Shown piece after piece: positions 12,174 to 24,566 of a DNA stretch of 64,000 bases. Below the pieces are notes generated by a model. It searched no databases and was not told where the DNA came from. It worked only from the letters and a program-made list of their open reading frames with translations. How positions within the stretch are numbered: position 1 is the stretch's first letter; every line of letters begins with the position of its first letter. Location of the stretch: assembly GCA_030390025.1 (NCBI GenBank), contig JASTWF010000334.1, positions 248,001 to 312,000 on the forward strand, given 5' to 3'. The position numbers and the translations under genes are program-made. The DNA comes from Squalus acanthias. Its lineage: Eukaryota.

Positions 12174-13665
12174 ATAGAATCATAGAATCATAGAAAGTTA
12201 CAGCACGGAAGGAAGCCATTTCGGCCCATCGTGTCTGCGCCGGCCAGCAAAGAGCTATCCAGCCTAACCCCACTTCCTAGCTCTTGGTCCGTAGCCCTGC
12301 AGGTTAGAGCATCCCAAGTGCACATCCAAGTACTTTTTAAATGTGGTTAGGTTTCCTGCCTCTACCACCCTTTCAGGCAATGAGTTCCAGACCCCCACAA
12401 CTCTCTGGGTGAAGAAATTTCCCCTCAAATCCCCTCTAAATCTTCCCCCAATTACTTTAAATCTGTGCCCCCTAGTTTTTGACCCCTCTGCTAAGGGAAA
12501 TAGGTCCTTTCTATCCACTTTATCTACGCCCCTCATAATTTTATACACCTCAATAAGGTCTCCCCTCAGCCTCCTCTGTTCCAAGGAAAACAGACCCAGC
12601 CTATCCAGTCTTTCCTCATAGCTAAGATTCTCTACTCCCGGCAACATCCTTGTAAATCTCCTCTGTACCCTCTCTAGTGCAATCACATCCTTCCTGTAAT
12701 GTGGTGACCAGAACTGCACGCAGTACTCTAGCTGAGGCTTAACTAGTGTTTTATACAGTTGAAGCATAACCCCCTTGCTCTTGTATTCTATGCCATGGCT
12801 AATAAAGGCAAGCATTCCGTATGCCTTCTTAACCACCTTATCTACTTGGCCTGCTACCTTCAGGGATCTGTGGACATGCACTCCAAGGTCCCTTTGTTCC
12901 TCTACACTACTCAGTGTCCTACAATTTAATGTGTATTCCCTTTCCTTGTTAGCCCTCGCCAAATGCATTACCTCACACTTCTCCGGATTGAATTCCATTT
13001 GCCACTGTTCTGCCTACCTGACCAATTTATTGATATCTTCCTGCAGTCTACAGCTTTCTTCTTCAGTATCAACCACACAGCCGATTTTAGTATCATCTGC
13101 AAACTTCTTAATCATACCCACTATATTCAAGTCAAGATCGTTGATGTATACCACAAAAAGCAAGGGACCTAGTACTGAGCCCTGTGGAACCCCACTGGAA
13201 ACAGCCTTCCAGTCACAAAAACACCCATCAACCATTACCCTCTGCTTCCTGTCTCCAAGCCAGTTTTGAATCCAACTTGACACTTTGCCTTGGATCCCAT
13301 GGGCTTTTAACTTCGTGACCAGTCTGCCATGTGGAACCTTATCAAAAGCCTTGCTAAAGTCCATATACACTACATCAAATGCACTACCCTCATCTACCCT
13401 CTTTGTTACCTCCTCGAAAAATTCAATCAAGTTTGTCAGACACGACCTTCCCTTAACAAATCCGTGCTGACTATCCTTGATTAATCCGTGTCTTTCTAAA
13501 TGAAGATTTATCCTGTCCTTCAGAATTCTTTCCAATAATTTTCCCACCAGTGAGGTTAGGCTGACCAGCCTGTAATTACTCAGTCTATCCTTTTCTCCCT
13601 TTTTAAACAAGGGTACCACATTAGCAGTCCTCCAGTCCTCCGGCACCACACCTGAAGCCAGAGAG
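12174..13665 (-). mobile_element. 5'-truncated CR1 LINE
   Basis: ORFs 13014-13703 and 12264-12998 (YMDFSKAFD, GVPQGSVLGP, FADDTK, RGDLIEVYK); atagaatc tail. Confidence 0.95.
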
Positions 13666-14348
13666 CTTCTTCTTTCAAAAAATCTTGACAGGTGGCATGT
13701 CATACGTTGACGTGCTCTGTCACTGACTTCCCCCTAATTGGCCTGCTCAGCCCACTGGGCGGGCTTAACAAGGTCAATCACGGGAAAATCCCGTTGGTTG
13801 GCCAGAAGCTGATGGAGGCGGGATTGAAAGCTGGCAAGAAGCAGTCCCACCTCCAAAAGCTTCCCAGCTTGGGGCGCTACCACTGAATTTACGGTGCGGG
13901 GGCGCTAACTTTTTCGGGTTAGCACCCCAAAGGGGGCGCGACTGAATTTTTCCACCTTGGTGTCCTCGGACAGGAAACATAAAGAGTTAGCATGCAGGTA
14001 CAGCAAGCAATCGGAAGGCAAATGGCATGTTATCCTTTATTGCAAGGGGGTTGGAGTACAAGAGTAAGGAAGTCTTGCTACAGTTGTGCAGGGCTTTGGT
14101 GAGACCACACCTGGAGAAATGTGCACAGTTTTAGTCTCCTTATCTGAGGCACTGCAACAATGGTCCACTGGATTGATTGCTAGGATGAGAGGGTTGTCCT
14201 GTGAGAAGAGATTGAGTAGATTGGGCCTATACTCTTCGAGTTTAGAAGAATAGAAGCATAGAAGCATAGAAGATAGGAGCAGGAGTAGGCCATTCGGCCC
14301 CTTGAGCCTGCTCCGCCATTTAATGAGATCATGGCTGATCATCCAAAT

Positions 14349-17280
14349 TCAGTACCCTGTCCCTGCTTTCTCCCCATATCCCTTGATCCCTTTAGCCTTA
14401 AGAAATATATCTATCTCCTTCTTGAATATATTTAATGAATTGGCCTCAACTGCCTTCTGTGGTAGAGAATTCCACAGGTTCACCACTCTCTGGGTGAAGA
14501 AATTCCTCCTCATCTCAGTCCTAAATGGCTTACCCCTTATCGTTAGACTGTGACCTTTGGTTCTGGACTCCCCTGCCATCGCGAACATCCTTCCTGCATC
14601 TAGTCTGTCTAGTCCTGTTAGAATTTTATAAGTTTCAATGAGATCCCCTCTCATTCTTCTAAACTCTAGCGAATATAAGCCTAATCGACCCAATCACTCT
14701 TCATACGTCATTCCTGCCATCCCAGGTATTAGTCTGGTGAATCTTCGCTGCACTCCCTCCATGGCAAGATCATCCTTCCTCAGATAAGGCGACCAAAACT
14801 GCACACAATACTGAAGGTGTGGTCTCACCAAGGCTTTGTTTAACTGCAGCAAGACATCCTTGCTTCTGTATTCGAATCCTCTCGCTATGAAGGCCAACAT
14901 ACCATTTGCCTTCTTAACCGCCTGCTGCACCTGCATGCTTACCTTCAGCGACTGGTGCACAAGGACTCCCAGATCTCGTTGCACCTCACCTTTTCCCAAT
15001 CTATTGCCGTTCAGATAATAATCTGTCTTCCTGTTTTTGCCACCAAAGTGGATAACCTCGCATTTATCCACATTATACTGCATCTGCCATGCATCTACCC
15101 AATCACCCAACCTGTCCAAATCATACTGGAGTTTCTCTGCATCCTCCTCACAGCACACACGCCCACCCAGCTTTGTGTTGTCTGCAAACTTAGAGATATT
15201 ACATCTAGTTCCCTCGTCTAGATCATTAATATATATTGTGAATAGCTGGGGTCCTAGCACCGATCCCTGTGGTACCCCACTAGTCACTGCCTGCCACTCG
15301 GAAAAAGACCTATTTATTCCAACTCTTTGCTTCCTGTCTGCCAACCACTTCTCTATCCAAATCAGTACCTCACCCCCAATCCCATGTGCTTTAACTTTGC
15401 ACGCTAATCTCTTATGCGGGACCTTATCGAAAGCCTTCTGAAAGTCCAAATACACCACATCCACTGTTTCTCCCTTAATTATTCTACCAGTTACATCCTC
15501 AAACATTCCAGTAGATTAGTCAGGCATGATTTACCTTTTGTAAATCCATGTTGACTTTTTCCGATCCTGTCACTGTTTTCCAAGTGCTCTGCTAGTACAT
15601 CTTTTATGATGGACTCTAGCATTTTGCCCACTACCAATGTCAAGCTTATAATTCCCCGTTTTTTCTCTACCACCTTTTTTAAATAGTGGGGTTACATTAG
15701 CTACCCTCCAATCCATAAGAACTATTCCAGAGTCTATAGAATTTTGAAAGGTGACCAGCAATGCATCTACTATTTCTAGGGCCACTTCCTTAAGTACCCT
15801 AGGATGTTGATTATCAGGCCCTGGGGATTTATCGGCCTTCAATCCCGTCAATTTCCCAAACACCATTTCCCTGCAAATAGTGATTTCATTCAATTCCTCC
15901 CTCTCATTAGACCCGATGTTCCCCGACATCTCTGGGAGTTTATTTGTGTCCTCCTTTGTGAAGACAGAACCAAAATATGTATTTAATTCGTCAGCCATTT
16001 CTTTGTTCTCCATTATAAATTCCCCTGATTCTGACTGCAAGGGACCTACGCTTGACTTCACCAATCTTTTTCTCTTCACATATCTATAGAAGCTTTTACA
16101 GTCAGTTTTTATGTTCCCTGAAAGCTTACTCTCATATTCTATTTCCCCCCTCTTAATTAATCCCTTTGTCTTCCTTTGCTGAATCCTATACTGTTTCCAA
16201 TCCTCAGGTTTGCTGCTTTTTCTGGCCAATTTATATGTCCTCTCCTTGGATCTTATGCTATCCCTAATTTCCCTTGTTAGCCATGGTTGAGTCACCTTTT
16301 TTGTTTTATTTTTATGCCAAACAGGGATGAACAAATTCTGTAGTTCATCCATGCTATCTATAAATGTTTGCCATTGCCTATCCACCGTCAACCCTTTAAG
16401 TAACGCTCCCCAATCCATCCTAGCCAACTCGCGCCTCATACCATCGTAGTTTCCTTTATTTAAATTCAGGACCCTAGTCTCTGAGTCAACTACTTCACTC
16501 TCCATCTTAATGAAGAATTCTATCATATTATGATCGCTCCTCCCCAAGGGGCCTCGCACAACAAGATTGCTAATTAATCCTTTCTCATTACATAATACCC
16601 AGTCTAAGATGGCCTGATCTCTAGTAGGTTGCTCGACATATTGGTCCAGGAAACCATCCCGTATACACTCTAGGAATTCCTCCTCCACAGTATTGTTACT
16701 AATTTGGTTAGCCCAATCTATATGTAGATTAAAGTCACCCATGATAACTGCTGTGCCCTTATTGCACGCATCTCTAATTTCCCATTTAATGCCAACCCCA
16801 ACCTCAGCATTACTGTTTGGGGGTCTGTATACAACTCCCACTAACGTTTTCTGCCCCTTGGTATTTCTCAGCTCTCCCCATACAGATTCCACATCATCAG
16901 AGCTAATATCCTTCCTTACTATTGTGTTAATCTCCTCTTTAACCAGCAATGCTACCCCACCTCCTTTCACTTTTTGTCTGTCCTTCTGAATATTGAATAC
17001 CCCTGGATGTTGAATTCCCAACCTTGGTCACCCTGGAGCCATGTCTCCGTAATCCCAATTATATCATATCCATTTACATCTATTTGCGCAGCTAATTCAT
17101 CCACCTTATTACGAATGCTCCTCGCATTAAGACACAAAGCCTCCAGGCTTGTTTTTTTAACACTCTTAGTCCTTTTAGAATTATTATTTACTGTAGCCCT
17201 GTTTGATTTACACCCTTGATTTCTCTGCCTTCCACTTTTGCTTTTCTTCTTCCTGTCTTTTGCTTCTATCCTTGCTTCCC
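14349..17280 (-). pseudogene. CR1 ORF2 (APE endonuclease plus reverse transcriptase), frameshifted
   Basis: GGGVALLV, YRPP, MGDFN and SDHN (endonuclease); KSPGPD, YLDFQKAFD, GVPQGS and KFADNTK (RT). Confidence 0.93.
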
Positions 17281-17322
17281 TTTCCTCTGTTTCCCTGCAC
17301 AGGTTCCCAACCCCCTGCCATT

Positions 17323-18273
17323 TTAGTTTAAACCCTCCCCAACAGCACTAGCAAATACTCCCCCTAGGACATTGGTCCCGGTCCTGCCCAGATGCAAACC
17401 GTCCTGTTTGTACTGGTCCCACCTCCCCCAGAACCGGTTCCAATGTCCCAGGAATTTGAATCCCTCCCACTTGCACCATTCCTCTAGCCACGTATTCATC
17501 TGAAATATCCTTCTATTTCTACTCTGACTAGCACGTGGCACCGGTAGCAATCCTGAGATTACTACCTTTGAAGTCCTATTTTTTAATTTACCTCCTAACT
17601 CCCTATATTCAGGTTTTAGGACCTCATCCCATTTTTTACCTATATCGTTGGTACCTATATGCACCACGACAACTGGCTGTTCACCCTCCCCCTCCAGAAT
17701 GCCCTGCAGCCGCTCCGAGACATCCTTGACCCTTGCACCAGGGAGGCAACATACCATCCGGGAGTCTCATTTGCGGCAGCAGAAACGCCTATCTATTACC
17801 CTTACAATAGAATCCCCTATCACTATAGCTCTCCCGCTCTTTTTCCTCCCATCCTGTGCAGCAGAACCACCCATGGTGCCAGGAAGTTGGTTGCTGCTGC
17901 CTTCCCCCGATAAGCCATCTCCCTCAACAATATCTAAAGTGGTATATCTGTTTGAGAGGGGGATGTCCACAGGGGACCCCTGCACTACCTGCCTGTGCCT
18001 ACTACTCTGCCTGGTGGTCCCCCATTCCCTTCCTGCCTGTGCAGCCTTTACCTGCGGTGTGACCAACTCCCTAAACGTGCTATCCACGATGTCCTCAGCA
18101 TTGCAAATGCTGCAGTATGCATCCATTCGCAGCTCCAGCACCGCAATGCGGTCTGCCAGTAGCTGCAGCTGGATACACTTCCCGCACACATGGTTGTCAG
18201 GGACACAGGAAGTGTCCCTGATTTCCCACATAGTGCAGGAGGAGCATGCCACGGGGCTGAGCTGTGCTGCCAT
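17323..18273 (-). pseudogene. CR1 ORF1: zinc finger/leucine zipper plus SGNH esterase, one in-frame stop
   Basis: CSSC...CGKC followed by a coiled coil; IVIGDSIVR, PGA, HIGTND and DGLHL esterase blocks. The two ORFs share a frame and are split by a stop at 17767-17769. Confidence 0.9.
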
Positions 18274-20852
18274 GACTTATCCTTTAATTAATTTAAATTA
18301 ACTCAAATCAATACCACAAATTACACTACAATTAAATGATATACTCAAGGGCCCTTGTATACTAGCACTCCCTGCTACACAACAGAGACCTTAGAAACTA
18401 TAACCACAAAAATTAGGACCTACTAAACTTTATAAACTATTAACCTTAACTGTCAAACTACAGAGTAGTATAAATACTCACCTGGCCGTACTCACCCAAT
18501 CAGCTGCTTCCCCTTGTCCGCGTCACTTTTTTGAATTGTGACGTGGCTCTGGAACGCCGACCGGTCTGTGAGATTGGTAAGCCTCTGAAAAAAAGCCCGC
18601 GAAAGTGAGTTTAACTACTCACTGTGCTGCTGCTCTCTCCATTCCCGACACTGGCCTCTGAAAAAAAGCCCGCGAAAGTGAGTTTAAATACTCACTCTGC
18701 TGCTGCCACTGAGGTGATCTCATTGAAGCAAATACGATTCTGAGGGGGATTGACAGGATAGATGCTGCGAGGTTGTTTCCCCTGGCTGGAGAGTCTAGAA
18801 CTAGGGGGTATAGTCTCAGGATAAGGGGTCGCCATTTGAGACTAAGGTGAGGAGGAATTTCTTCACTCAGAGGGTTGTGAATTTTTGGACTTCTCTACCC
18901 CAAAGGGCTGTGGATGCTGAGTCGTTGAGTATATTCAAGGTTGAGATAGATACATTTTTGGAATCAAGGGATATGGAGATTGGGTGAGAAAGATCTCTCA
19001 TGATCTTATTGAATGGTGGAGCAGGCTCAAAGCCCATATGGCCTCCACCTGCTCCTACTTCTTATGTTCTTATGTTCTTATATTCGACCGTGCTAAATGG
19101 GATAGATCCAGAACACATCAAGCAGCTCAAAACTGGGCATCCATGAGGCGCTGTGCACCATCAGCAGCAGGAGAATTGTATTCCACCACAATCTGTAACC
19201 TGATGGCCTGCAATATCCCTCACTCTACCATTACCACCAAGCCAAGGGACCAACCCTGGTTCAATGAGAAGTGTAGAAGAGCATGCCAGGAGCAGCATCT
19301 GACATTCCTGAAAATGAGGTGCCAATCTGATGAAGCTAGAGCACAGGACAGCATACATGCTAAACAGTGGCAGCAGCATGCTATAGACAGAGCCAAGTGA
19401 TCGCACTATCAATGGATCAGATCAAACCTCTGCAGTCCTGCCACATCCAGTCATGGCTGGTGGTGGATGATTAAACTAATGGGAGGCGGATGCTCCATGA
19501 AAATCCCTATTCTCAATCATGGTGGAGCCCAGCACATAAGTGTAAAAGACAAGATGACGCATTTGCAAACATCTTCAGCAAGAAGTGCCGAGTGGATGAT
19601 CCATCTTAGCCTCCTCCTGAGATCCCCACCATCACAGAAGCCAGTCTTCAGCCAATTTGATTCACTCCACGTGATATCAAGAAAAGGCTGAATGCGCTGG
19701 ATACAGAAAAAGATATGCGCCCCGAAAACATCCCGGCTGTTGTGCTGAAGACTTGTGCTCCAGAACTAGCTGTGCCTCTAATCAAGCTGTTCCAGTACAG
19801 CTACAACACTGGCATCCGCCCAACAATCTGGCAACTGCCCAGGTATGTCCTGTCCACAAAAAGCAGGACAAATCCAATCCAGCCAATTACCGCCCCATCA
19901 GTCCACTCTCAATAGTGGATGCATTGGTTGTCACCTTCCAAAATTCTATAGGTTATGGAACAGTTCTTGCAGATTGGAGGGTGGCAAATATAACCCCACT
20001 ATTTAAAAAAGGAGGGAGAGAGAAAACAGGGAACTACAGACCGGTTAGCCTAACATCAGTAGTAGGGAAAATGCTGGAGTCTATTAAAAAGGATGTGATA
20101 ACAAGACACTTAGAAAATATCAATGGGATTAGACAAAGTCAACATGGATTTATGAAAGGGAAATCGCGTTTGACAAACCTACTGGAGTTTTTTGAGGATG
20201 TAACTGGTAGAATAGATAAAGGAGAGCCAGTGGATGTGGTGTATTTGGATTTTCAGAAGGCCTTTGATAAAATCCCACATAAGAGGTTAGTGTGCAAAAT
20301 TAAAGCACATGCGATTAGGGTAATAGACTGGCATGGCTTGAAAATTGGTTAACAGACAGGAAACAGAGAGTAGGAATAAATGGGTCTTTTTCAGGGTGGC
20401 AGGCGGTGACTAGTGGGGTACCACAGGGATCAGTGCTTGTGCCCCAGCTATTCACAATATATATCAATGATTTGGATGAGGGAACCAAATGTAATATTTC
20501 CAAGTTTGTTGATGACACGAAACTAGGTGGGATTGTGAGTTGTGAGGACGATGTAAAGAGGCTTCAAGGCGATTTAGACAAGTTGAGTGAGTGGGCAAAT
20601 ACATGGCAGATGCAGTATAACGTGGATAAATGTGAAGTTATCCACTTTGGTAGGAAAAACAGAAAGGTAGAGTATTATTTAAATGGTGATAGATTGGGAA
20701 ATGTTGATGTACAAAGGGACCTGGGTGTCCTTGTACACCAGTTACTGAAAGCAAACATACAGGTGCAGCAAGCAGTTAGGAAGGCAAATGGTTTGTTGGC
20801 CATCATTGCAAGAGGATTTGAGTACAGGAGCAACGATGTCTTACTACAGTTG

Positions 20853-21428
20853 AGAGGTCGCACAACACCAGGTTATAGTCCAACAGTTTTATTTGAAATC
20901 ACAAGCTTTCGGAGCTATCGATTGCTCCTTCCTCAGGTGAAGTAAATTAGATACAGAATCGCCAAAGCATATATAGATAGAAAACATAGCATGTGTACCT
21001 TACAATTGCAGACCACTAAATTAAATCATCCTGACTATCTGCCGAGGTGTGATAAAGTTAATTAAGTCAGCCAGGAAGGTACCACATCAAAGACATAGCA
21101 AGATACAACTGAGACAATGAGGTGTAGTCGCAGGGGTTCTAACGTGTCAAAAGCTGCCGTCTGTATGTAAGACTTAATTAACTTTATCACACCTCGGCAG
21201 ATAGTCAGGATGATTTAATTTAGTGGTCTGCAATTGTAAGGTACACATGCTTTGTTTTCTATCTATATATGCTTTGGCGATTCTGTATCTAATTTACTTC
21301 ACCTGAGGAAGGAGCAATCGATAGCTCCGAAAGCTTGTGATTTCAAATAAAACTGTTGGACTATAACCTGGTGTTGTGCGACCTCTCAATTTTGTCCACC
21401 CCAGTCCAACACCGGCATCTCCGCATCA
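20853..21428. mobile_element. Penelope pseudo-LTR fold-back insertion with two opposed hammerhead motifs
   Basis: ~219-bp inverted arms (20850-21068 / 21171-21389), 102-bp spacer and a ~39-nt tail. Exact 12-bp TSD ttactacagttg (20841-20852, 21429-21440). Same sequence as the terminus of the GIY-YIG copies at 36336 and 52436. Confidence 0.9.
21298..21341 (+). ncRNA. Minimal type I hammerhead ribozyme motif (mirror copy on minus at ~20898-20941)
   Basis: ttcac CTGAGGA a ggagc aatcgata gctcc GAAA gc tt gtga: core, 5-bp stem II, palindromic AAGCTT stem III, stem I tcac/gtga. Confidence 0.8.
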
Positions 21429-23424
21429 TTACTACAGTTGTACAGGGCCTTGGTGAGACCACACCTGGAGTACTGTGTGCAGTTTTGTCTCCTTACCTAA
21501 GAAAGGATATACTTGCGATAGAGGGAGTGTAGCGAAGGTTCACCAGATTGATTCCTGGGATGGCAGACTGTCTTATGAGGAGAGATTGGGTCAACTAGGC
21601 CTGTATTCCGTAGAGTTCAGAAGAATGAGAGGGGATCTCATTGAAACATATAAAATTCTGACAGGGCTGGACAGACTGGATGCAGGGAGGATGTTTCCCC
21701 TGGCTGGGGGGTCTAGAACGAGGGGTCACAGTCTCAGCATATGGGGTAGCACATTTAGGACTGAGATGAGGAGAAATTTCTTCACTCAGAGGGTGGTGAA
21801 CCTGTGGAATTCTCTACCACAGAAGGCTGTGGAGGCCAAGTCACTGAATATATTTAAGAAGGAGATAGATAGATTTCTAGACACAAAAGGCAACAAGGGG
21901 TATGGGGAGAGAGCGGGAATATGGTATTGAGATAGAGGATCAGCCATGATCATATTGAATGGCGGAGCAGGCTCGAAGGGCCGAATGGCCTACTCCTGCT
22001 TCTATTTTTCTATGTTTCTAATCAACGGCAAAGTGATGGAAGGTGTCGTCGACAGTGCTATCAAGTGCCACTTACTCATCAATAACCTGCTCACCGATGT
22101 TCAGTTTGGGTTCCGCCAGGACCACTCGGCTCCAGACCTCATTACAGCCTTGGTCCAAACATGGACAAAAGAGTTGAATTCCAGAGGTGAGGTGAAAGTG
22201 ACAGCCCTTGACATCAAGGCAGCATTTGACTGAGTGTGGCATCAAGGAGCCCTAGTAAAACTTAAATCAATGGGAATCAGGGGGAAAACTCTCCACTGGC
22301 TAGAGTCTTACCTAGCACAAAGGAAGATGGTTGTTCTTGTTGGAGACCAATCATCTCAGCCCCAGAACATTGCTGGAGGAGTTCCTCAGGGCAGTGTCCT
22401 AGGCGCAACCATCTCCAGCTGCTGCATCCAACCTTCCCTCCATCATAAGGTAAGAGGTGCGAATGTTCACTGATGATTGCAGTGTTCAGATCCATTCACA
22501 GCTCCTCAGGTGCAGCAGCAAGACCTGGACAACATTGAGGCTTGGGTTGATAAGTGGCAAGTAACATTCGGGCCACACAAGTGCCAGGCAATGACTATCT
22601 GCAACGAGCGTCAAACTCCCTCCCCTTGACATTCAATGACATTACCATCGCCGAAACCCCCACCATCAACATCCTGGGGGGTCACCATTGACCAGAAACT
22701 TAACTGGAACAGCCACATATACACTGTAGCTACAAGAGCAGGTTAGAGGCTGGGTATTCTGCAGCAAGTGACTCGGCAAGTGACTCAGCTTCTGACTCCC
22801 CAAAGCCTTTCCGCCATCTACAAGGCACAAGTCAGGAGTGTGATGGAATGCTCTCCACTTGCCTGGCTGTGTGCAGCTCCAACAACATTCAAGAAGCTCA
22901 ACACCATCCAGGACAAAACAGCCCGCTTGATTGGCAAACCATCCAGCACCTTAAACATTCACTCCCTCCACCACCGTCACAATGTGGCTGCAGTGTGTAC
23001 CATCTACAAGATACACTGCAGCAACTCGCCAAGGCTTCTTTGGCAGCACCTCCCAAATCCATGACCTCTACCACCTAGAAGGACAAGGGCAGCAAGCACA
23101 TGGGAACACAATCACCTGCAAGTTGCCCTCTAAGCACACACCTTCCTGACTTTGAAATATGTTGCCGTTCCTTCCTCGCCGCAGGGTCAAAATCCTGGAA
23201 CTCCCTCCCTAACAGCACTGTGGGAGTACCTTCACCACATGGACTGTAGCGGTTCAAGAAGGTGGCTCACCACCACCTTCTCAAGGGCAATTAGTGATGG
23301 GCAATAAATGCTGGCCTTGCCAGCGATGCCCACATCCCATGAATGAATTTAAAAAACGGAACTGTACATGGTCAATGTAAAAAGGTGATAAACAACAAAT
23401 GGTCTGTTTTATTTTTATTTAAAG

Positions 23425-23565
23425 CTGTACTGCCAAGCACTGGCTCCAGGCGGCCATCTTGCCTCCATACACTGGGATAAACAGAACGAGTTCATTAAGC
23501 AGGTGATAAAGGCAAAAGACAGATCATCTCCTTTGACTTGGATCGGTTTGAGTGACATCCACAAG
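23425..23565 (+). CDS. C-type lectin, second coding exon in window
   Basis: Acceptor ttttatttttatttaaag|, donor AAG|gtaac, 141 nt, phase 0/0. Translates LYCQALAPGGHLASIHWDKQNEFIKQVIKAKDRSSPLTWIGLSDIHK (HLASI and WIGL motifs). Confidence 0.95.
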
Positions 23566-23653
23566 GTAACATTGTCTGAGTTACTATATCACAAATTGTT
23601 AATTGGAACAGAAATATTCATTTTGAAATGATGACTTTATTTCTGTCTTTCAG

Positions 23654-23762
23654 CTGTGGACTTTTCTTTGGACTGATGGATCTTCATTTGATTTCACAAA
23701 ATGGTATGTGCATCAGCCCGATAATCATCAGGTAACGGAGAACTGTGTGCAAATGAATTACG
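23654..23762 (+). CDS. C-type lectin, third coding exon in window (QPD motif)
   Basis: Acceptor ttctgtctttcag|, donor G|gtaagt, 109 nt, phase 0/1. Translates LWTFLWTDGSSFDFTKWYVHQPDNHQVTENCVQMNY. Confidence 0.95.
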
Positions 23763-23859
23763 GTAAGTTGATACAAGTGTCATGGAAACAGTATTTTATT
23801 GGAAATTAATTCCAGAAAAATGGATAGATCAGAGAGGCAGAGAGCATCGCAGGAAGATT

Positions 23860-24566
23860 GAGGAACATAAATACAGCGCAAGCGCGGAGTGAGAGCGACA
23901 GAGAGCATTGTGGGAGATGGAGGAACATAAATACAGCGCAGGCGCGGAGAGCGAGGGACAGAGAGCATTGTGGGAGATGGAGGAACATAAATACAGCGCA
24001 GGCGCAGAGAGCGAGGGACAGAGAGCATTGTGGGAGATGGAGGAACATAAATACAGCGCAGGCGCAGAGAGAGAGCGACAGAGAGCATTGTGGGAGATGG
24101 AGGAACATAAATACAGCGCAGGCGCAGAGAGAGAGCGACAGAGAGCATTGTGGGAGATGGAGGAACATAAATACAGCGCAGGCGCAGAGAGAGAGCGACA
24201 GAGAGCATTGTGGGAGATGGAGGAACATAAATACAGCGCAGGCGCGGAGAGAGAGCGACAGAGAGCATTGTGGGAGATGGAGGAACATAAATACAGCGCA
24301 GGCGCGGAGAGAGAGCGACAGAGAGCATTGTGGGAGATGGAGGAACATAAATACAACGCAGGCGCAGAGAGAGAGCGACAGAGAGCATTGTGGGAGATGG
24401 AGGAACATAAATACAACGCAGGCGCAGAGAGAGAGCGACAGAGAGCATTGTGGGAGATGGAGGAACATAAATACAACGCAGGCGCAGAGAGAGAGCGACA
24501 GAGAGCATTGTGGGAGATGGAGGAACATAAATACAGCGCAGGCGCAGAGAGAGAGCGACAGAGAGC
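23860..24566. repeat. 60-bp minisatellite, ~12 near-identical units
   Basis: Unit gaggaacataaatacagcgcaggcgcagagagagagcgacagagagcattgtgggagatg, which stacks exactly in the 60-nt lines. Confidence 0.97.

Larger units (their letters stand above)
10647..13870. mobile_element. Non-autonomous Harbinger-type element B, split into 10647-11211, 12106-12173 and 13666-~13870; right end lost
   Basis: Reverse-complement match to the intact copy at 33245-34089; TIR gggctggatttt. It is joined at ~13871-13956 to the right end of a C-family element. Confidence 0.8.
14251..18708 (-). mobile_element. Near full-length CR1 LINE (5' UTR, ORF1, ORF2, 3' tail) with a few disabling mutations
   Basis: ORF1 and ORF2 in the expected order, tail repeat agaagcat at 14251-14272, and a ~53-bp direct repeat in the 5' UTR (18581-18633 / 18654-18706). 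Confidence 0.95.
4631..19082 (+). mobile_element. CR1 LINE copy fragmented into ~4631-5726, 7121-7249, 7393-7849, 13957-14250 and 18711-19082
   Basis: Consecutive EN/RT/C-terminal motifs resume after each insertion (e.g. gggact|gactaaaagcc; agaagaat|gaggtgatctc). Ends in a ttcttatgttcttatg tail. Confidence 0.85.
19914..22019 (+). mobile_element. 5'-truncated CR1, interrupted by a Penelope hairpin
   Basis: RT motifs in ORFs 19753-20352 and 20406-20945, resuming at 21441; tail ctatgtttct. Confidence 0.93.
3716..23355 (+). mobile_element. Second LINE family (CR1/L2 group, APE+RT), one copy split into 3716-4630, 19086-19911 and 22020-23355 by nested insertions
   Basis: The junctions rejoin: gtggcactac (4630) to accgtgctaaatggg (19087), and ctctcaat (19913) to aatcaacggcaaagtg (22020). 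Motifs KTCAPELA, ALDIKAAFD, WHQGALVKL, GVPQGSVLG. 3' end ggcaataaatgctggccttgccagcgatgcccacatcccatgaatgaatttaaaaaa. Confidence 0.88.

Noticed and set aside
12343..17219. Numerous plus-strand ORFs opposite CR1 ORF2
   Set aside because: These are antisense shadow frames of LINE coding sequence that recur in every copy.
23732..23737. Alternative donor CAG|gtaacg inside the QPD exon
   Set aside because: Its use would shift the frame and stop after two codons of the last exon, losing three Cys. The donor at 23763 is stronger and in phase, and there is no evidence without RNA data.
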